Assembly: GCA_963978095.1 (NCBI GenBank)
Contig: CAXBQP010000038.1
Coordinates: 1 to 29,213 of the forward strand
DNA from: an uncultured bacterium
GTDB taxonomy: Bacteria; Gemmatimonadota; Gemmatimonadetes; Gemmatimonadales; Gemmatimonadaceae
Reading direction: 5' to 3'
DNA: 29,213 nt
Part shown: positions 26,293 through 29,213 of the stretch, in pieces
How positions within the stretch are numbered: position 1 is the first letter of the stretch
How the letters are laid out: the number at the start of each line of letters is the position of its first letter
Program-made: the position numbers and the translations under genes
Notes under the pieces: model-generated
Database searches by the model: none
What the model was told of the DNA's origin: nothing
What the model saw: only the letters and a program-made list of their open reading frames with translations

Positions 26293-26371
26293 CGGGTTCC
26301 TCCGGAGGGTCATCCCCCCAAGGATAGCACCTTGCCGGAGAATGCGCCGTGGCCCGCGCGGGGCGTTCCGG

Positions 26372-26728
26372 CTAGCCGCGTCCCTCCGGGGTCACCGCGA
26401 GCGCGTCTTCCTCGCCCGTCCGGATGCGGACCACGCGCTCCACCGGGAGCACGAAGATCTTGCCGTCGCCGACTTCGCCCGTACGCGCCGCGCGGACGAT
26501 GGCGTCGACCGTCGGCTGCACGAAGGATTCCGAGACGCCGATCTCGAGACGCACTTTGGCCTGGAGATCCATCTTCACCGTCACTCCGCGGTAGTTCTCG
26601 ACGTGCTCGACCTCACCCCCGTGTCCTTGCACCTTGCTCACGGTGAGGCCGCGCACGTCGGCGTTGTAGAGCGATTCCAGGACCGCATTCAGCCGCTCCG
26701 GGCGGAGGATGGCCACGACGAGTTTCAT
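26372..26728 (-). CDS. glnK: PII nitrogen regulatory protein (GlnK), Thermus-like T-loop
   Basis: MKLVVAILRP..., YRG, RTGEVGDGKIFVLPVE, RIRTGE. Its start overlaps the amtB stop (TGATG). Confidence 0.96.
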   Translation of the reverse strand: MKLVVAILRPERLNAVLESLYNADVRGLTVSKVQGHGGEVEHVENYRGVTVKMDLQAKVRLEIGVSESFVQPTVDAIVRAARTGEVGDGKIFVLPVERVVRIRTGEEDALAVTPEGRG

Positions 26729-28014
26729 CAGGCGCTCCGGCGCACCGGGGCGCGGTTGGCGGCAGGGTCGGCGGTTTGCAGGACGAGGATCGCCCCTTCG
26801 CCGTCGGTGTAGCCTTCCTCGCCGTGGTCGGCGACGTCGAGGCCGGCGGCTTCGTCGCGCGCATCGGCGCGCAAGATGGTGACCGCACTGATGGCGGCGA
26901 GGATCCCCCACGTGGCGACGGCCGTCCATCCGACGGTTGCGCCGACGCCGATGAGTTGCTTGAGCAGTTGTCCCGGCGCGCCGTGCAGCAGGCCGTCCGT
27001 GCCGCCCCATGCGCGGCTCGCCAAGAGACCGGTGAGCAGGGCGCCGGTCACGCCGCCGACGCCGTGCGCGCCAACGACGTCGAGCGAGTCATCCAGACGC
27101 GTGGCGGCTCGTTTGAGGATCACCCAGTAGGAGGGGAGCGCGGCGATGGCCCCGATCGCCAGGGCGGCCCGCGGACTCACGTACCCGCAGGCCGGGGTGA
27201 TCGCCACGAGTCCGACCACGATCGCGGTTCCGGCGCCGACCGCCGTGGCGCGCCCCGTGCGGCGGAACTCCAGCAGGATCCACGTCGCCAGGGCTGCCAT
27301 CGGCGCAAGAATAGTGTTGACCGTCGCCTGGACCGCCACGCCATTCACGGCGAGTGCGCTGCCGCCGTTGAAGCCCACCCACCCGAACCAGAGCAGCGCC
27401 GCGCCGGTGAGCATCATCGGCACGTTGTGCGGCAGGAAGGCTTGGCGTCCGTAGTCGCGCCGCGGCCCCACCACGGTGGCCGCGACCCATGCCGCCGTGC
27501 CCGCCGTGATGTGGACCACCGTGCCGCCGGCGAAGTCGAGTACGCCGAGGGACCCCAGCCATCCGCCGCCCCAGACCCAGTGCGCCACTGGCGCGTAGAC
27601 GAGGAGCGACCACAGGCCGATGAAGGCGAGGTAGGCGCTGAAGCGCATGCGCTCGACGATGGCGCCGGAGATCAGCGCGGCGGTGATCACCGCGAACGTC
27701 CCTTGGTAGGCGAAGTAGAGCAGGTGGGGGACGGTGGTTCCGTCGCGCAGGTCGAACCCGATGTGGCTGAGCCCCACGTGCCGCACGCCGCCGACGAAAG
27801 CGCCGCCCGGCGCGAAGGCTATCGAGTAGCCCACCACGGCCCACAACACCCCCACCAGGCCGATCGCCGCCAGCGACATCATCATGGTGTTCAGGATGTT
27901 CTTGGCGCGCACCAGCCCGCCGTAGAACAGGGCGAGTGCCGGGGTCATCAGCAGGACGAGCGCCGTACTGATGAGGACAAACAGGGTGTCGACAGGACTG
28001 GTGACGGCAGGCAC
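26728..28014 (-). CDS. amtB: Ammonium transporter
   Basis: LMTPALALFYGGLVR, ISGAIVERM, DFAGGTVVH, GFNGGS, DDSLDVVGAHG (twin His), GLDVADHGE. GTG 28014 chosen because it lies downstream of the predicted promoter. Confidence 0.95.
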   Translation of the reverse strand: MPAVTSPVDTLFVLISTALVLLMTPALALFYGGLVRAKNILNTMMMSLAAIGLVGVLWAVVGYSIAFAPGGAFVGGVRHVGLSHIGFDLRDGTTVPHLLYFAYQGTFAVITAALISGAIVERMRFSAYLAFIGLWSLLVYAPVAHWVWGGGWLGSLGVLDFAGGTVVHITAGTAAWVAATVVGPRRDYGRQAFLPHNVPMMLTGAALLWFGWVGFNGGSALAVNGVAVQATVNTILAPMAALATWILLEFRRTGRATAVGAGTAIVVGLVAITPACGYVSPRAALAIGAIAALPSYWVILKRAATRLDDSLDVVGAHGVGGVTGALLTGLLASRAWGGTDGLLHGAPGQLLKQLIGVGATVGWTAVATWGILAAISAVTILRADARDEAAGLDVADHGEEGYTDGEGAILVLQTADPAANRAPVRRSA

Positions 28015-28054
28015 GATCGCGACGGGAAGGGAAGCAAGCTGTTCGTTTTCACGA

Positions 28055-28083
28055 ATGATACGGATATTTTGCAAAAAATGCAA
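28055..28083 (-). promoter_or_regulatory. Sigma-70-type promoter of amtB-glnK
   Basis: Minus strand TTGCAT-17 nt-TATCAT. The palindrome TTTTGCAAAA (28067-28076) lies in the spacer. Confidence 0.7.
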
Positions 28084-28220
28084 TCCGTGTTGCGCATTTA
28101 CTTCGATTTGAGGCTCTTTTGGTTGTGGATGACTTAACAAAATCGCAAAATTTGCAATTTCCTGAGATATTCGTCGACCACTGGCCTTCGCCGCGCGACT
28201 CGCTATCTTACGCTCTATCT

Positions 28221-28293
<73 letters not shown>

Positions 28294-28320
28294 CTGTCAG
28301 CTTCGCTTGTCTGGCACACG

Positions 28321-28367
28321 CATGAGCCGCCGATTCCCCTCGTGGAATGGGCGGCTCGTGGCATTTT
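28321..28367 (+). terminator. Intrinsic terminator after tRNA-Gly
   Basis: CATGAGCCGCCgATTCC-N6-GGAATgGGCGGCTCGTG followed by GCATTTT. Confidence 0.75.
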
Positions 28368-28397
28368 CCTCGCATCGCATCTCTTGGGAGCAGACGC

Positions 28398-29213
28398 GTG
28401 GCCACCATCGAAGAGAACCAGGCAATGTGGGGACGCGACTACGACTGGTCGCGGCGCGGCGACGAGTGGTCGGACAGCTGGGGGACTGCCGCGGCGCAAT
28501 GGCACTTTGCCCTGCTGCCGCGCCTCCGCGACCTCGTGCCGGCGCGGCGCGTCCTCGAAATCGCCCCGGGGTACGGGCGGTGGACGCACTACCTCCGCGC
28601 GCTCGCCACGGAGCAGCTCACCGTGGTCGATCTCAACGACCGTTGCATCGCCGCCTGCAAGGAGCGCTTCGCGGGCGACGCACACATCCGCTATCACGTC
28701 AACGACGGACGCTCCCTCGACATGGTCCCGGACGGGACCATCGACCTGGTGTTCAGCTTCGATTCGCTCGTGCACGCCGAGGCGGATGTCATGCAGGGGT
28801 ACGTGCACCAGATCGCACGCAAGCTCACCCCGGAGGGTGTGGGAATCATCCACCATTCGAACATGGGAGCGCTCGACGATTATCGCGCGCGGATCACCGC
28901 GCTCCCGTTCCTCGTGCGGAAGCTCCTCCGCGCTGCGGGGCGACTGGATACGATCGATCACCAGTGGCGCGCCCGCTCGATGACGGCTGCCCGGTTCGTG
29001 GCCGACGCGGACGCGGCGGGACTTGCCGTCCTGAGCCAGGAGCTGCACAACTGGCATTCAGCGGGATTGATCGACGCGATCTCGGTGTTCGCGCATCGGG
29101 ACTCGCAGCGCGCGCGCGTGCATGGGCCGATGCGCGTGCTGCGAAACCCGGACTTCATGCGCGACGCCACGCACGCGCGTCGCATCGCGGCGTTGTCCGG
29201 GCCCCGGCTGCGG
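28398..29213 (+). CDS. Class I SAM-dependent methyltransferase (3' truncated; absent from the supplied ORF track)
   Basis: My translation from GTG 28398, after GGGAG, is open to the window end: MATIEENQAMWGRDYDW..., VLEIAPGYGRW, VVDL, VNDGRSL, DLVFSFDSLVH. Confidence 0.9.
   Translation, partial: MATIEENQAMWGRDYDWSRRGDEWSDSWGTAAAQWHFALLPRLRDLVPARRVLEIAPGYGRWTHYLRALATEQLTVVDLNDRCIAACKERFAGDAHIRYHVNDGRSLDMVPDGTIDLVFSFDSLVHAEADVMQGYVHQIARKLTPEGVGIIHHSNMGALDDYRARITALPFLVRKLLRAAGRLDTIDHQWRARSMTAARFVADADAAGLAVLSQELHNWHSAGLIDAISVFAHRDSQRARVHGPMRVLRNPDFMRDATHARRIAALSGPRLR

Noticed and set aside
24502..26646. 714-aa plus-strand ORF (also 13863..15731, 17166..18593, 21968..23560, 26776..28137)
   Set aside because: These are mainly antisense shadows of well-supported genes and lack family motifs.
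28015..28140. N-terminal extension of amtB in the ORF track
   Set aside because: It is AT-rich, contains the predicted promoter, and does not resemble a signal peptide or Amt sequence.
28359..28374. TGGCATTTTCCTCGCA, a GG-N10-GC sigma-54-like element before the methyltransferase
   Set aside because: The -12 element is imperfect, it coincides with the terminator tail, and the implied TSS would fall right at the RBS. Probably chance.

Overview
GC-rich bacterial chromosomal window (roughly 68-70% GC by eye). The gene content suggests a diderm organism, possibly Gemmatimonadota (inference, not tested). It is densely coding, and I see no integrase, transposase, CRISPR array or rRNA. Left to right: 3' end of an ABC-permease-like gene; TonB-dependent receptor; a convergent outer-membrane barrel-like protein and a patatin-POTRA-barrel (PlpD-like) protein; a coupled run of a ManC-like nucleotidyltransferase, apaG, an EgtE-like PLP enzyme and an Ig-repeat HExxH lipoprotein; the ybbP-ybbA/tesA module; efp followed by a 7-tRNA cluster (His, Trp, Glu, Glu, Asp, Leu, Thr); a YHYH-HupE/UreJ-DoxX module; a NagB-PIG-L fusion; an orphan sigma-54-type response regulator; PPK2; a secreted amidohydrolase; amtB-glnK; tRNA-Gly; and a SAM methyltransferase that runs off the end. 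Most notable: an EF-P with Asn at the normally modified Lys/Arg loop tip and no KGDT loop; repeated TANNNT -10 boxes 5-9 nt before start codons (probable leaderless mRNAs); a Thermus-type GlnK lacking Tyr51/Gln39 behind a sigma-70 promoter with a palindromic operator candidate; and a YHYH + EF-hand HupE/UreJ candidate metal-handling module. All family calls come from motif recognition by eye. No searches were run.
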